From the NCBI GenBank assembly GCA_039961715.1, contig JABRVW010000100.1, forward strand, positions 3,333 to 67,332: 64,000 nucleotides of DNA, written 5' to 3'. Position 1 is the stretch's first letter. Each line of letters opens with the position of its first letter. Below the pieces are notes generated by a model. It saw only the letters and a program-made list of their open reading frames with translations, had not been told where the DNA came from and did not search any database. Shown piece by piece: positions 55,606 through 64,000 of this stretch. A program made the position numbers and the translations under genes. Origin of the DNA: Ignavibacterium sp. GTDB lineage: Bacteria > Bacteroidota > Ignavibacteria > UBA10030.

Positions 55606-57516
55606 TTAATACACTCGAACCATGTTGCCGCCCGCCTCGACAGCCTTTGCAAGAACGTGCCCGGCATGCTCCATCAGCTCCAGATCACTGATGTCGCTTA
55701 CCGCCCCGCAGACGCCCACGCTGACCGTGACCGAAAACGTCTTCTGATCCACATTCATCACGTTGCTCGCAATGTTCTTCCGGAACTTCTCCGCCCACAG
55801 GTACGCATCGTTCGCCGCCGTGTTCACCAACAGCACCGCAAAGCGGTTGAAATCAAACCTGCCCACCAGGTCGTACGGACGGATGGCGGCACGGAGCATT
55901 CTTCCGACATTCTGAAGAACGAAGTCGAAGCCCTCCTTGCCGTACCGGGACAGATGCTCGTTCACGCCGTCGATCGAAATCATCACCAACGTCACATCCT
56001 CGTCAAAATCGTTGGCCCTCTGCACTTCTTCGTGTACGCGCTCCATGAAGTACTTCCGGGTGGCCACCCCGGTCGTCTCGTCGATCAGCACATAGTTGTT
56101 CACGACGTCATTGAGACTCAGCACTTCCAATCCCCACGACGCGCTGTCCACCAGCTTCTGAATCACCCTGACGTCGGCCTCAGAATACGCCCGCGCATCC
56201 TTGCTCTCCACCACGAGGGCCCCATAGCATCGGCTGAGCGAATTCACGGGCAGAATCATCATGGAACCGTTCGCTTCGATCCGTTCCGCCCGGTAGAACC
56301 GCGGCAACGCGGCCGAACCTGAGTGATCTACAACCCGCGGCATTCCGCTTTGGAGAACGCTGCCCGTGATGCTGTTGTTCGGATCGATCTCCTGTCCGAC
56401 GGCGACATAGGAATCGTTCATGCGGTTCATGACAAACTGGATGATCCAGGATTTCCTCGACTCGTCCAGCACAACAACGCTGATGTAATCCCAGGCGACG
56501 AGCCGCGATGCTTCCTCGGCCAGCGCACGGACGATCGAGTGCGCACTGAACTCAAACTTCATCTGATCCCGGATGCGGGAAATCGACCGCACAACTTCCG
56601 AGTCGAGCAGGAGATCGTACTTCCCGGTGTAACTCCTGATGAGGGCAGAGATGAGCTTGGAATAATCGCCAAGGAGGGTCATGGTCTCCGGCCCAAAAGC
56701 ATCTTCTCCCAGGCAATCCAGCACAAGAACCGCCACCGGATCGTCGGACTTCACCGTGGCGCGCGGATAGAAGATCGGCACCGCGACGAAGGACTGAATG
56801 GGAACCGTGGTCTGATAATATCCCAGCAGTTCTTGCTGGCCGGCGTTGTTGACGTTGTTCAGAATCCTGGGATGTCCCGTCACCGCCACCTGGCTGATCA
56901 GATCCGACCCTATCTCCCGGCGCCGATGCGTGGTGAACCATTCGCTGTCCGTCACATAACTATCGAGGACAAGCTGATGTTTTTCCCGGTTGATCCAGTA
57001 CAGGGCCGCCGTATGCCCGAACACGACTTCCTTGATGATGGTCAGCACCCTTTTCACCAGGTAGCTGAATTCCGACTTCGGTCCTGCGTCCTTCAGCAGT
57101 ATGTCTTCCTGGACGTCGATGAAATCGGAGAGTTTAAACTCATACTCCGCTGTCGGGGATTTTCGGCTTCCCCCGAACGACGGAATGGCCGGTGAATCGG
57201 GAGCATTTTCCCGCTCAGTCTCTGACGAAGGATTCGGTTCCTCAGGCTCCGGTCTGATCATGTCGGGTCCGGTCTCCTCCCTGATGATGGGTTCTTCCTC
57301 CGCCTCCAGATCAGGCAGGCCGCGGGAGCGGAGGGTCACAATGACGTAGGCGATGCTCGAACCGGCGACGAGAAGGGCGACCACTCTCCAGAGCGGGTCC
57401 GCTGTCAGGACGCCCGCAAGAAAAGCGACAGCGCCCGCCGACACAGCCAGTTCCTGCGTCAACGTCAACTTGTTCACCCAGGAACGGACTATATCAACAA
57501 CGCGGGCGCTCGTCAT
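55606..57516 (-). CDS. membrane-anchored GAF-GAF protein with degenerate GGDEF domain (I-site retained)
   Basis: Two N-terminal TM helices, an acidic linker and two GAF-like regions. The C-terminal GGDEF fold has DFNRF in place of GG(D/E)EF, with RPYD five residues upstream. Confidence 0.8.
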   Translation of the reverse strand: MTSARVVDIVRSWVNKLTLTQELAVSAGAVAFLAGVLTADPLWRVVALLVAGSSIAYVIVTLRSRGLPDLEAEEEPIIREETGPDMIRPEPEEPNPSSETERENAPDSPAIPSFGGSRKSPTAEYEFKLSDFIDVQEDILLKDAGPKSEFSYLVKRVLTIIKEVVFGHTAALYWINREKHQLVLDSYVTDSEWFTTHRRREIGSDLISQVAVTGHPRILNNVNNAGQQELLGYYQTTVPIQSFVAVPIFYPRATVKSDDPVAVLVLDCLGEDAFGPETMTLLGDYSKLISALIRSYTGKYDLLLDSEVVRSISRIRDQMKFEFSAHSIVRALAEEASRLVAWDYISVVVLDESRKSWIIQFVMNRMNDSYVAVGQEIDPNNSITGSVLQSGMPRVVDHSGSAALPRFYRAERIEANGSMMILPVNSLSRCYGALVVESKDARAYSEADVRVIQKLVDSASWGLEVLSLNDVVNNYVLIDETTGVATRKYFMERVHEEVQRANDFDEDVTLVMISIDGVNEHLSRYGKEGFDFVLQNVGRMLRAAIRPYDLVGRFDFNRFAVLLVNTAANDAYLWAEKFRKNIASNVMNVDQKTFSVTVSVGVCGAVSDISDLELMEHAGHVLAKAVEAGGNMVRVY

Positions 57517-57731
57517 CGAAAGGTTTGATTGTGATTATAGCCCTCAAGTCTGCATAAATTTAGCCATTGAACAAAGGAAAGTCAAGGTAAAAAGGGAATA
57601 GAGGGAATGAAACTCCTTGCATGAAAGGGACTTACGTCCTTCCGATACCCGATTCCGGTTGCAGCAGTTCCTTTTTTTCCCTACTTTTTCGGCAACGGTC
57701 GATTTGGGTTCACTTCTTCCCCCCCTCCATC

Positions 57732-60242
57732 ATGAAAGCCGTCGTCATGGCGGGCGGATTCGGCACGCGGCTGCGTCCGCTCACCTGCAACATTCCCAAA
57801 CCCATGGTACCGATGGTGAATCGTCCGATGATGGAGCACATCGTCACGCTCCTGAAATCGCACGACATCACCGACCTCGTCGCCACCCTGTTCTATCAGC
57901 CCGAGATCATTTCCTCCTACTTCGGCGACGGGAGCAGGTGGGGTGTGCGCATGACCTACAAGAAGGCCGAAGCGGATCTCGGCACAGCAGGTAGCGTGCG
58001 GAATACGGGCGAATTCCTCGACGACCGCTTCCTGGTCATCAGCGGCGATGTCCTCACGGACTTTGACCTCACGGCGGCAATCCGCTTCCATCAATCCAGA
58101 AAATCCAAAGCCACGATCATCCTGACACGCGTGGCCAACCCCCTGCAGTTCGGCGTCGTGCTCACGAAGGACGACGGCCGCATCACCCGGTTCCTCGAAA
58201 AACCATCGTGGGGAGAGGTGTTCAGCGATACGATCAATACCGGCATCTATATTCTGGAACGCGACGTCCTCGACCTTATCCCCGAAGGCGAGGAATTCGA
58301 CTTCAGCAAGAACCTCTTTCCGCTCATGCTTGAGCTGGAGCTCCCGCTCTACGGCTACGTCGCCTCCGGCTACTGGAAGGATATCGGAAATCTGCACGAG
58401 TATCAGGACGCCCACTTCGACACCCTGCGCGGCATCGTGAAGGTGACGGTGGACGGAAAGACGAAAGGCCGAGTGACGGTTGGCGAGGGGAGCCGTGTGG
58501 AAACCGATCCGAAGCATCTTTCGGGAACAGTCATCATCGGCGCGAACTCCCGCATCCACGCCGACGCAGTCATTGCGAATTCGGTCATTGGCGACGATTG
58601 CGAGGTTTTTCCCGGAGCGTTCATCGCCAACTCGATCATCTGGCACGGAACCCAGGTGGGCGCCAAAGCCCAGCTTTCCTCCGACGTCGTCGGCTCAAAA
58701 TGCATCATCGGCGATGAGGCAAGCATCGGCGAGAACGTGTTCCTCGGCGACCAGTGCATCATCGGAAAACGCAGCAGCATCTTTTCGAACATCAAACTCT
58801 GGCCCGAGAAGGTGGTCGAGGAGGGCGCGACGGTCACGAGGAGCCTCGTGTGGGAGGATCAATGGCTGAGGGAGCTCTTCCGCAACTCGACCGTGACCGG
58901 GATTTCCAACATCGAGGTGAATCCGGAATTCGCCGCCAAGCTGGGCGCGGCGTTCGGCGCATTTGTCGGACCTGGCTCGACCGTGGTGGCAAGCCGCGAT
59001 GCCGATAATGTCTCGCGGATGATCAACCGCGCAGTAATGTGCGGCCTCATGTCCGCCGGCGTCCACTGCAGCGACCTGCGCGCAACCTCGATCCCCATCG
59101 TGCGCCACGAGCTGAAATCCGGCAAGGAGAAAGGCGGCTTTCATGTGCGAAAGTCCCCGTTCGACAAGAATATGACCGACATCATCTTCTTCGACCGCGA
59201 CGGCAAGGATCTTCCCACCGGCAAGACCAAAACGCTGGAGCGATTGTTTTTCGGCGAGGACATCCCGCGCACATCCTACGATACCGTAGGTAGCGTGATC
59301 TTCCCCGAGCGGACCACCGAAAGTTACATCGAGCGTTTTCTGGCCACGATCAACGTTGAGGCCATCCGCGCCGCCGACCTGAAGCTGGTCATCGACTACT
59401 CCAACGGGGTCGCATCGACGATCTTCCCGAACATCCTTGGCAACCTGAACGTGCAGGTCGTATCCCTCAACGCCTATCTCGACAGCCGCCGCCTCACCCG
59501 CACCAAGGAGCAATTCGACCAGTCCCTGAGGGATCTTGCTTTCGTGGTGACGTCGCTCCAGTACGATGTCGGCGTGATGCTCGACGCGGGAGCGGAGAAG
59601 ATCTTCTGTGTGGACGAGCGCGGCACGTCGATCGACAGCGACCGTCTTCTGACCCTCATGGCCCGCCTTGCGAGACTTGCCGATCCGGCGCTGAACACGA
59701 TTGCCGTGCCGATCTCGGCCTCGTGCGAAATCGACCTCCTCGCGGAGGAACTGGGCATCACGGTCGTGCGTACCAGAGACAACCACCTGGCCCTCATGGA
59801 TGCCGCCATCGGTCAGAATATCAGGTTTGTCGGAGGAACCAAGGGAGGATTCATTTTCAACGAGTTCCTCTTTGCCTCGGACGGCATGTACTCGGCGGTC
59901 AAGCTCCTGGAGTTCATGGCCGTCACCCGAAAACGGCTCGGCGATGTCGATCGCGAGACTCCACGCTTGCATTTTGTCAAAAAAAACATTCCTTGTTCGT
60001 GGCAGGTCAAGGGCCGGGTCATGCGAAGGCTCATGAAGGACTCCGAGGCCCTCCCCCGCCAGCTGGTGGAAGGAGTGAAGGTCTTTCCACGGAACAAATC
60101 GAAGCACACATCCGTCTTTCTGAATCCGGACCGTTCCCGGCCATTGTTCCACATCAACGTTGAATCCGAGGACCCCGCTCTCGCTCAGCAGCTTTCGAGG
60201 GAGTACGAAGAGAAGATCTCCCGATGGATCGCCGAGGAATGA
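57732..60242 (+). CDS. sugar-1-phosphate nucleotidyltransferase (with LbH) fused to a phosphoglucomutase/phosphomannomutase-like domain
   Basis: The N-terminus MAGGFGTRLRPLT..IPKPMVP is followed by left-handed beta-helix hexapeptide repeats. The C-terminal four-domain PGM/PMM-like region has a divergent active-site loop. Confidence 0.85.
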   Translation: MKAVVMAGGFGTRLRPLTCNIPKPMVPMVNRPMMEHIVTLLKSHDITDLVATLFYQPEIISSYFGDGSRWGVRMTYKKAEADLGTAGSVRNTGEFLDDRFLVISGDVLTDFDLTAAIRFHQSRKSKATIILTRVANPLQFGVVLTKDDGRITRFLEKPSWGEVFSDTINTGIYILERDVLDLIPEGEEFDFSKNLFPLMLELELPLYGYVASGYWKDIGNLHEYQDAHFDTLRGIVKVTVDGKTKGRVTVGEGSRVETDPKHLSGTVIIGANSRIHADAVIANSVIGDDCEVFPGAFIANSIIWHGTQVGAKAQLSSDVVGSKCIIGDEASIGENVFLGDQCIIGKRSSIFSNIKLWPEKVVEEGATVTRSLVWEDQWLRELFRNSTVTGISNIEVNPEFAAKLGAAFGAFVGPGSTVVASRDADNVSRMINRAVMCGLMSAGVHCSDLRATSIPIVRHELKSGKEKGGFHVRKSPFDKNMTDIIFFDRDGKDLPTGKTKTLERLFFGEDIPRTSYDTVGSVIFPERTTESYIERFLATINVEAIRAADLKLVIDYSNGVASTIFPNILGNLNVQVVSLNAYLDSRRLTRTKEQFDQSLRDLAFVVTSLQYDVGVMLDAGAEKIFCVDERGTSIDSDRLLTLMARLARLADPALNTIAVPISASCEIDLLAEELGITVVRTRDNHLALMDAAIGQNIRFVGGTKGGFIFNEFLFASDGMYSAVKLLEFMAVTRKRLGDVDRETPRLHFVKKNIPCSWQVKGRVMRRLMKDSEALPRQLVEGVKVFPRNKSKHTSVFLNPDRSRPLFHINVESEDPALAQQLSREYEEKISRWIAEE

Positions 60243-60270
60243 ACGCCACGCGAAGGAAGGCACGACAGGC

Positions 60271-60741
60271 ATGAAGATCACCGACATTCTCACAGAGCAG
60301 TACATCAAAACCGGCCTTCCGGGAACCACGAAAGAGGAGATCCTGAACGCCCTCATTGACCTGGCCGCAACATCGGACAAAGTGCAGGACAAGGAGAAGA
60401 TCCGGGAGGCAATCTTCGAACGCGAAAAGATCATGTCGACGGGTGTCGGCTCCGGGTTTGCCATCCCCCACGGAAAAACGGATGCAGTGACCGACATCGT
60501 CGGGGCCCTGGCCGTGACGGCCCAACCTATCGATTACAAATCGCTGGACGAACAGCCGGTTCGGATCGTGTTTCTGCTCATCGGCCGCGACAGCATGGTC
60601 GGCCCCCACATCAAGCTCCTCAGCCGCATCTCCCGGCTCATGAACAAGGAGGAGTTCCGGTCCAGACTCCTGGGTGCCCGTTCGCCCTCCGAAGTCCTGG
60701 ACATCCTCCGACAGGAGGAGGCCACCTACCTTGAGGCGTAA
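60271..60741 (+). CDS. ptsN: PTS EIIA(Ntr)-type regulatory protein
   Basis: EIIA-2 fold pattern with E..MSTG.G.G.AIPHGK, the phosphorylatable His. Confidence 0.8.
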   Translation: MKITDILTEQYIKTGLPGTTKEEILNALIDLAATSDKVQDKEKIREAIFEREKIMSTGVGSGFAIPHGKTDAVTDIVGALAVTAQPIDYKSLDEQPVRIVFLLIGRDSMVGPHIKLLSRISRLMNKEEFRSRLLGARSPSEVLDILRQEEATYLEA

Positions 60742-60783
60742 GCCCTCCGTGCCGGTTTTCCACTTTTTCCCCTCCCGTCTCCC

Positions 60784-62034
60784 GTGAAATTCCGATCCAT
60801 CAAAGGCATGCGCGACATCCTGCCAGACGAAGCTGCACGGTGGCGCGCCGTGGAGAACGTCGTTCATCAGGTCATGCAGGCCTTCAATTACCGCGAGATC
60901 CGGACGCCCGTGATGGAGCAGACAGAGTTGTTTGCCCGAAGCATCGGAGAACTGACCGATATCGTTTCCAAGGAAATGTACACGTTCACTGACCGCAGTG
61001 GAGACAGCGTGACCCTCAAACCGGAAGGCACGGCATCGGCGCTCAGGGCCTACATTCAGGGCAACCTCGGTGAGCAGGGATCGCTGACAAAGCTCTACTA
61101 CATGGGACCCATGTTTCGCCAGGAACGTCCGCAGGCAGGTCGATTGCGCCAATTCCACCAGTTCGGCGCCGAAGCGCTTGGAGCAATGGCACCAGAGCTC
61201 GACGTGGAAATGATGCTGATTCCACTCACAATATACCGGAACCTCAGGATATCCCAAACAAGCCTTCTGATCAATTCGGTGGGCTGTCAACGCTGTCGTC
61301 CCCCTTACAAGGAACTGCTCAGGAGGGAGTTGCGGAAGGTCCGCGCGCACCTTTCGGATGACAGCCAGGCTCGCATCGAACAGAATCCGTTTCGCGTGCT
61401 GGATTCGAAGGATGGCGGTGACCGGAAGGCAACCGCGTCAATGCCGCTGATGAAGGATCATTTGTGCGCTGAGTGCTCGGCCCATTTTGCGCGGGTACAG
61501 GAATTGCTGAAGAAGCTGAATGTTCCCTTTGAGATCGACGGCCGGCTTGTCCGAGGCCTTGATTACTACACGAAGACGGCGTTTGAAATCACGAGCAAGG
61601 ATTTGGGGTCGCAGGACGCCCTGGCTGGCGGAGGCCGCTACGATCTGCTGGTGGAGGAACTGGGGGGCAAACCAACGCCCGGGGTCGGATTCGCGGCCGG
61701 CATGGAACGGCTGATGATTGTCATGGAAAAACGGGATACGACCGTTCCCGGGCCATCGGGCCCGAAGATCTTTTTGATCGGCCTCGACGGCCCATCGCGT
61801 ACATGGGCCTTCGAAACAGCCTGTGCCCTCAGGGCACGCGGCATCCCTGCGGAAACCGATTACCTCGAACGCAGTGTCAAGGCACAGTTGCGCGAAGCCA
61901 ACCGCCAGCATGCCGAGTTCGTGCTGGTCATCGGCGAAGAAGAGCTCAAGACGGGCACGGGGAAGGTGAAGGAGATGAAGACAGGCAGGGAGAACACCGT
62001 TTCCCTCAAGACCTTTGCACAGACATTCTCATGA
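60784..62034 (+). CDS. hisS: histidine--tRNA ligase
   Basis: GMRDILP, class II motifs (FRQERPQAGRLRQFHQ, GGGRYD) and the anticodon-binding domain. GTG start. Confidence 0.95.
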   Translation: MKFRSIKGMRDILPDEAARWRAVENVVHQVMQAFNYREIRTPVMEQTELFARSIGELTDIVSKEMYTFTDRSGDSVTLKPEGTASALRAYIQGNLGEQGSLTKLYYMGPMFRQERPQAGRLRQFHQFGAEALGAMAPELDVEMMLIPLTIYRNLRISQTSLLINSVGCQRCRPPYKELLRRELRKVRAHLSDDSQARIEQNPFRVLDSKDGGDRKATASMPLMKDHLCAECSAHFARVQELLKKLNVPFEIDGRLVRGLDYYTKTAFEITSKDLGSQDALAGGGRYDLLVEELGGKPTPGVGFAAGMERLMIVMEKRDTTVPGPSGPKIFLIGLDGPSRTWAFETACALRARGIPAETDYLERSVKAQLREANRQHAEFVLVIGEEELKTGTGKVKEMKTGRENTVSLKTFAQTFS

Positions 62035-62037
62035 GCG

Positions 62038-62445
62038 GTGGCACGGACGAAGAAACCGCGGGAACCCGAATACCGACTGCGCGTGTTCCCGGCAAAGGAT
62101 CCCGAGTCGCAGAAAGCCGGGATTGCCGTGGTCGTCGAGACCATCAAGGAATTCGTCAGCTTCCATTACGAGCTCCTGCTCTCCGACAAACGTGAGAAGA
62201 ACAGCATAACCCTTCACATTCTGGGATTGAATGCGCCGCGTTCGGTGATGCCGGGCGTCGGACCCGCCCGCGGACATCGTCTGTACGCCGGCCTGTCCGG
62301 AACGATCGCGGTGGTTATCCGGAATGTCGATGGTGAAGAGAACGCCTACAAACTCAAGGTTCGTCCTCCGGCCGTGAAAGTGCTTTCCGAACCCCGGCAT
62401 CCTTTTGTCGTGTTTTCTCCGGAACCCGTTGAACTTTCTGCATAA
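62038..62445 (+). CDS. hypothetical protein (135 aa), no family recognised
   Basis: The ORF starts (GTG) 3 nt after the hisS stop and ends 5 nt before lgt. No SD sequence is evident. The composition is protein-like and beta-rich. Confidence 0.4.
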   Translation: MARTKKPREPEYRLRVFPAKDPESQKAGIAVVVETIKEFVSFHYELLLSDKREKNSITLHILGLNAPRSVMPGVGPARGHRLYAGLSGTIAVVIRNVDGEENAYKLKVRPPAVKVLSEPRHPFVVFSPEPVELSA

Positions 62446-62450
62446 CCCTC

Positions 62451-63269
62451 ATGTGCCCCGTCATCGTTGACATCGGCCCCTTCACCTTGTACAGCTACGG
62501 CCTGATGCTCGCGCTCGGATTCATCACAGCGAGCTGGCTGATGACCATCGAGTACCGCCGCAAGAAGCTCCCGCCCGATCTTGCCGGCACTATCACCCTC
62601 CTTGCCCTTTTCGGGGGTGTGACCGGAGCAAAGATCCTCTATGTCCTCGAACACTGGAGCCACTTCGTCGCCGACCCCGGCATCCTTTTTTCACCCGGGG
62701 GGCTTTCCTACTTCGGAGGATTCCTCCTCGCCACTGCGGCGATCTGGTGGTACGTCAGGCGGCGTTCGCTGAGTTTTTTGACGGTGGCTGACGGGACTTC
62801 CCCCGGCTTGATGTTGGGGTATGGCATTGCCCGGCTGGGCTGTCATTTCGCGGGCGACGGCGACTACGGGTTCCCCACCGACCTGCCGTGGGGAACGGAT
62901 TATTCCAAGGGGACAATGCCGCCTTCCGAAGCCTTCAGGAATTTCCCTGAGATCACCAGCCAGTATCCCGGGGGTATTGTGCCCGACACAACGCTCTGCC
63001 ATCCCACGCCCGTGTACGAGCTTCTCCTGAGCGCTCTCTTCTTTGTAGTCCTTTGGCGTCTGCGAACCCGGATTGGGGTCACAGGAAAACTCTTCATGGC
63101 CTACCTGGTACTGGCCGGCATGGAACGGTTCGTGATCGAGTTCCTCAGAATCAATCCGAGGATCATGGCCGGGCTTACCCAGTATCAGCTCTTTGCCCTT
63201 GCCCTCGTGCTTGCGGGCGTTGCGGGGTGGTGGTTGCTCTCACGGAAAGCAGAAAAGGGCTCCGCATGA
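62451..63269 (+). CDS. lgt: prolipoprotein diacylglyceryl transferase
   Basis: YG.M...GF, R.GC...GD.YG, HPTP.YE motifs and multiple TM helices. Confidence 0.9.
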   Translation: MCPVIVDIGPFTLYSYGLMLALGFITASWLMTIEYRRKKLPPDLAGTITLLALFGGVTGAKILYVLEHWSHFVADPGILFSPGGLSYFGGFLLATAAIWWYVRRRSLSFLTVADGTSPGLMLGYGIARLGCHFAGDGDYGFPTDLPWGTDYSKGTMPPSEAFRNFPEITSQYPGGIVPDTTLCHPTPVYELLLSALFFVVLWRLRTRIGVTGKLFMAYLVLAGMERFVIEFLRINPRIMAGLTQYQLFALALVLAGVAGWWLLSRKAEKGSA

Positions 63270-63718
63270 GTGTCGTGGAACTGTTCACGAAGAACGATTG
63301 CGAATTGTGCGATGATCTCAAGGAGAGGGCGGTTCCGATGGCCGCAGGGCTTGGCGTGGACCTTAGGATCATCAACCTGCGCGAAGACGATCCACGGTTC
63401 AAACAGTATCGGAATGAATTCCCCGTTCTTGTTGCCGAAAACGGCAGGACCGTGTCCGGCAACGTTTCCGACGATGCCCTCTGGAAGCTTTTCCTGTCCC
63501 TGACGCCCCCGCCGCGGATTTACTATGTTGCAAAGTTCCTCCAGGCTCTTGCCATCGTCGTCGTCTTTTTCGGATTCATGTACGGGCTTCTGGGAGACAT
63601 GTGGACCGATCTGTACTTCTTCCTTGCGGGGATCGTTATTTTTGTTGTTGGATGGATGATCGAAAAGCATGAGGCACGGTCACGGCGAAAGCAGTTCGCC
63701 GGAGGGAAAAGGAAATGA
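63266..63718 (+). CDS. glutaredoxin-like (DUF836-type, CxxC) domain fused to two C-terminal TM helices
   Basis: VELFTKNDCELCDD...FPVL thioredoxin-fold pattern is followed by two hydrophobic helices. ATGA overlaps with lgt and rlmB. Confidence 0.6.
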   Translation: MSVVELFTKNDCELCDDLKERAVPMAAGLGVDLRIINLREDDPRFKQYRNEFPVLVAENGRTVSGNVSDDALWKLFLSLTPPPRIYYVAKFLQALAIVVVFFGFMYGLLGDMWTDLYFFLAGIVIFVVGWMIEKHEARSRRKQFAGGKRK

Positions 63719-64000
63719 GCCAGACAGTCAGCGGCAGAAAAACCGTGCTCGAGGCGCTGAAGTCACCACAATCGATCCGGAAGATCGCAATCCTCTATGG
63801 TACGCGCGGAAAGGTCATTGACGACATTCGTCACCAGGCCCGGCGCGTGGGGGTGCCGGTGGCCGAGGTGGACAAGCAGAAATTCGCGCAGATCGCGGAC
63901 GTGGCGACGGCACAAGGCGTGGCAGCCATTGTGGAATCCACAGAGTTTGTGGAGATTGAAGATCTCCTTGATCGGGCAAAACAATCCGGCTCGTCACCGC
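63715..64000 (+). CDS. rlmB: 23S rRNA 2'-O-methyltransferase RlmB/TrmH family, N-terminal part (3' end off window)
   Basis: My own translation gives MSQTVSGRKTVLEALKSPQSIRKIAILYG...VPVAEVDKQKF..IADVATAQGVAA. This is the SpoU substrate-binding domain pattern. The frame stays open to the window end. Confidence 0.7.
   Translation, partial: MSQTVSGRKTVLEALKSPQSIRKIAILYGTRGKVIDDIRHQARRVGVPVAEVDKQKFAQIADVATAQGVAAIVESTEFVEIEDLLDRAKQSGSSP

Noticed and set aside
58695-60497. 600-aa minus-strand ORF opposite the nucleotidyltransferase/PGM-like gene (similarly 60154-61350 opposite ptsN/hisS)
   Set aside because: These are antisense shadows of well-supported genes, with biased composition and no recognisable domains.
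1-64000. CRISPR arrays, tRNA/rRNA genes, prophage or defence-island signatures
   Set aside because: No regularly spaced direct repeats of 25-40 nt, no cloverleaf-like segments in intergenic gaps, and no nuclease, helicase or restriction-type genes were seen. Intergenic space is small apart from the regions discussed.

Overview
This is a gene-dense, about 60% GC bacterial chromosomal segment, mostly housekeeping, with about 70 supportable CDSs. I saw no rRNA, tRNA or CRISPR array by eye. The gene content suggests an FCB-group organism (Ignavibacteriota, Bacteroidota or Chlorobi-like), which is an inference. The markers are a short 285-aa primary sigma factor without region 1.1, a DUF5683 protein, a long multi-OstA LptA-like protein and hrcA-grpE-dnaJ without dnaK. 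Content from left to right: deoC (partial), a SPOR lipoprotein, acyl-CoA ligase and class II RNR (nrdJ) behind a long structured leader. Next comes a small lower-GC island carrying an IS200/RAYT-type HUH transposase flanked by hairpin repeats. It is followed by pirin, a thioesterase, a DinB-like protein, and a cluster of signal-peptide peptidases (M19, M55 DppA, TolB-like, S58 DmpA). Then carA, hrcA-grpE-dnaJ, comEA, a PilM-like gene, rsmD-coaD, an aminotransferase, and tyrA plus DAHP synthase. A Kdo/Lpt operon follows (kdsA-kdsC-unknown-kdsD-lptC-lptA-like-lptB), then ispE, a TonB-receptor-like OMP and a LOG-family protein. A translationally coupled four-gene operon comes next (SAM-MT, DUF2723/TMEM260-like GT-C with TPRs, SAM-MT, GT4). 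After that: lepA-lepB-lepB-hemW, an epimerase, DUF5683-ridA-parB-parA, fmt-def, NlpC/P60 and rpoD. A tight cluster follows: GAF-GAF-degenerate-GGDEF, a small Zn-ribbon gene, deoB and two BMC-P (EutN/CcmL) genes. The window ends with an NTP-transferase/PGM-like fusion, ptsN, hisS, lgt, a Grx-like/TM fusion and rlmB (partial). I found no clear-cut novel system. The best candidates for a second look are (i) the two orphan BMC vertex genes coupled to deoB with no BMC-H/T shell genes in 64 kb, (ii) the DUF2723 GT-C/TPR operon, (iii) the terminator/antiterminator leader of nrdJ, (iv) the RAYT element with an unusual A-B...B-A direct-repeat architecture, and (v) an unrecognised 261-aa ORF translationally coupled inside the Kdo/Lpt operon. 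All functional calls rest on motif recognition in the supplied translations. No database search was run.
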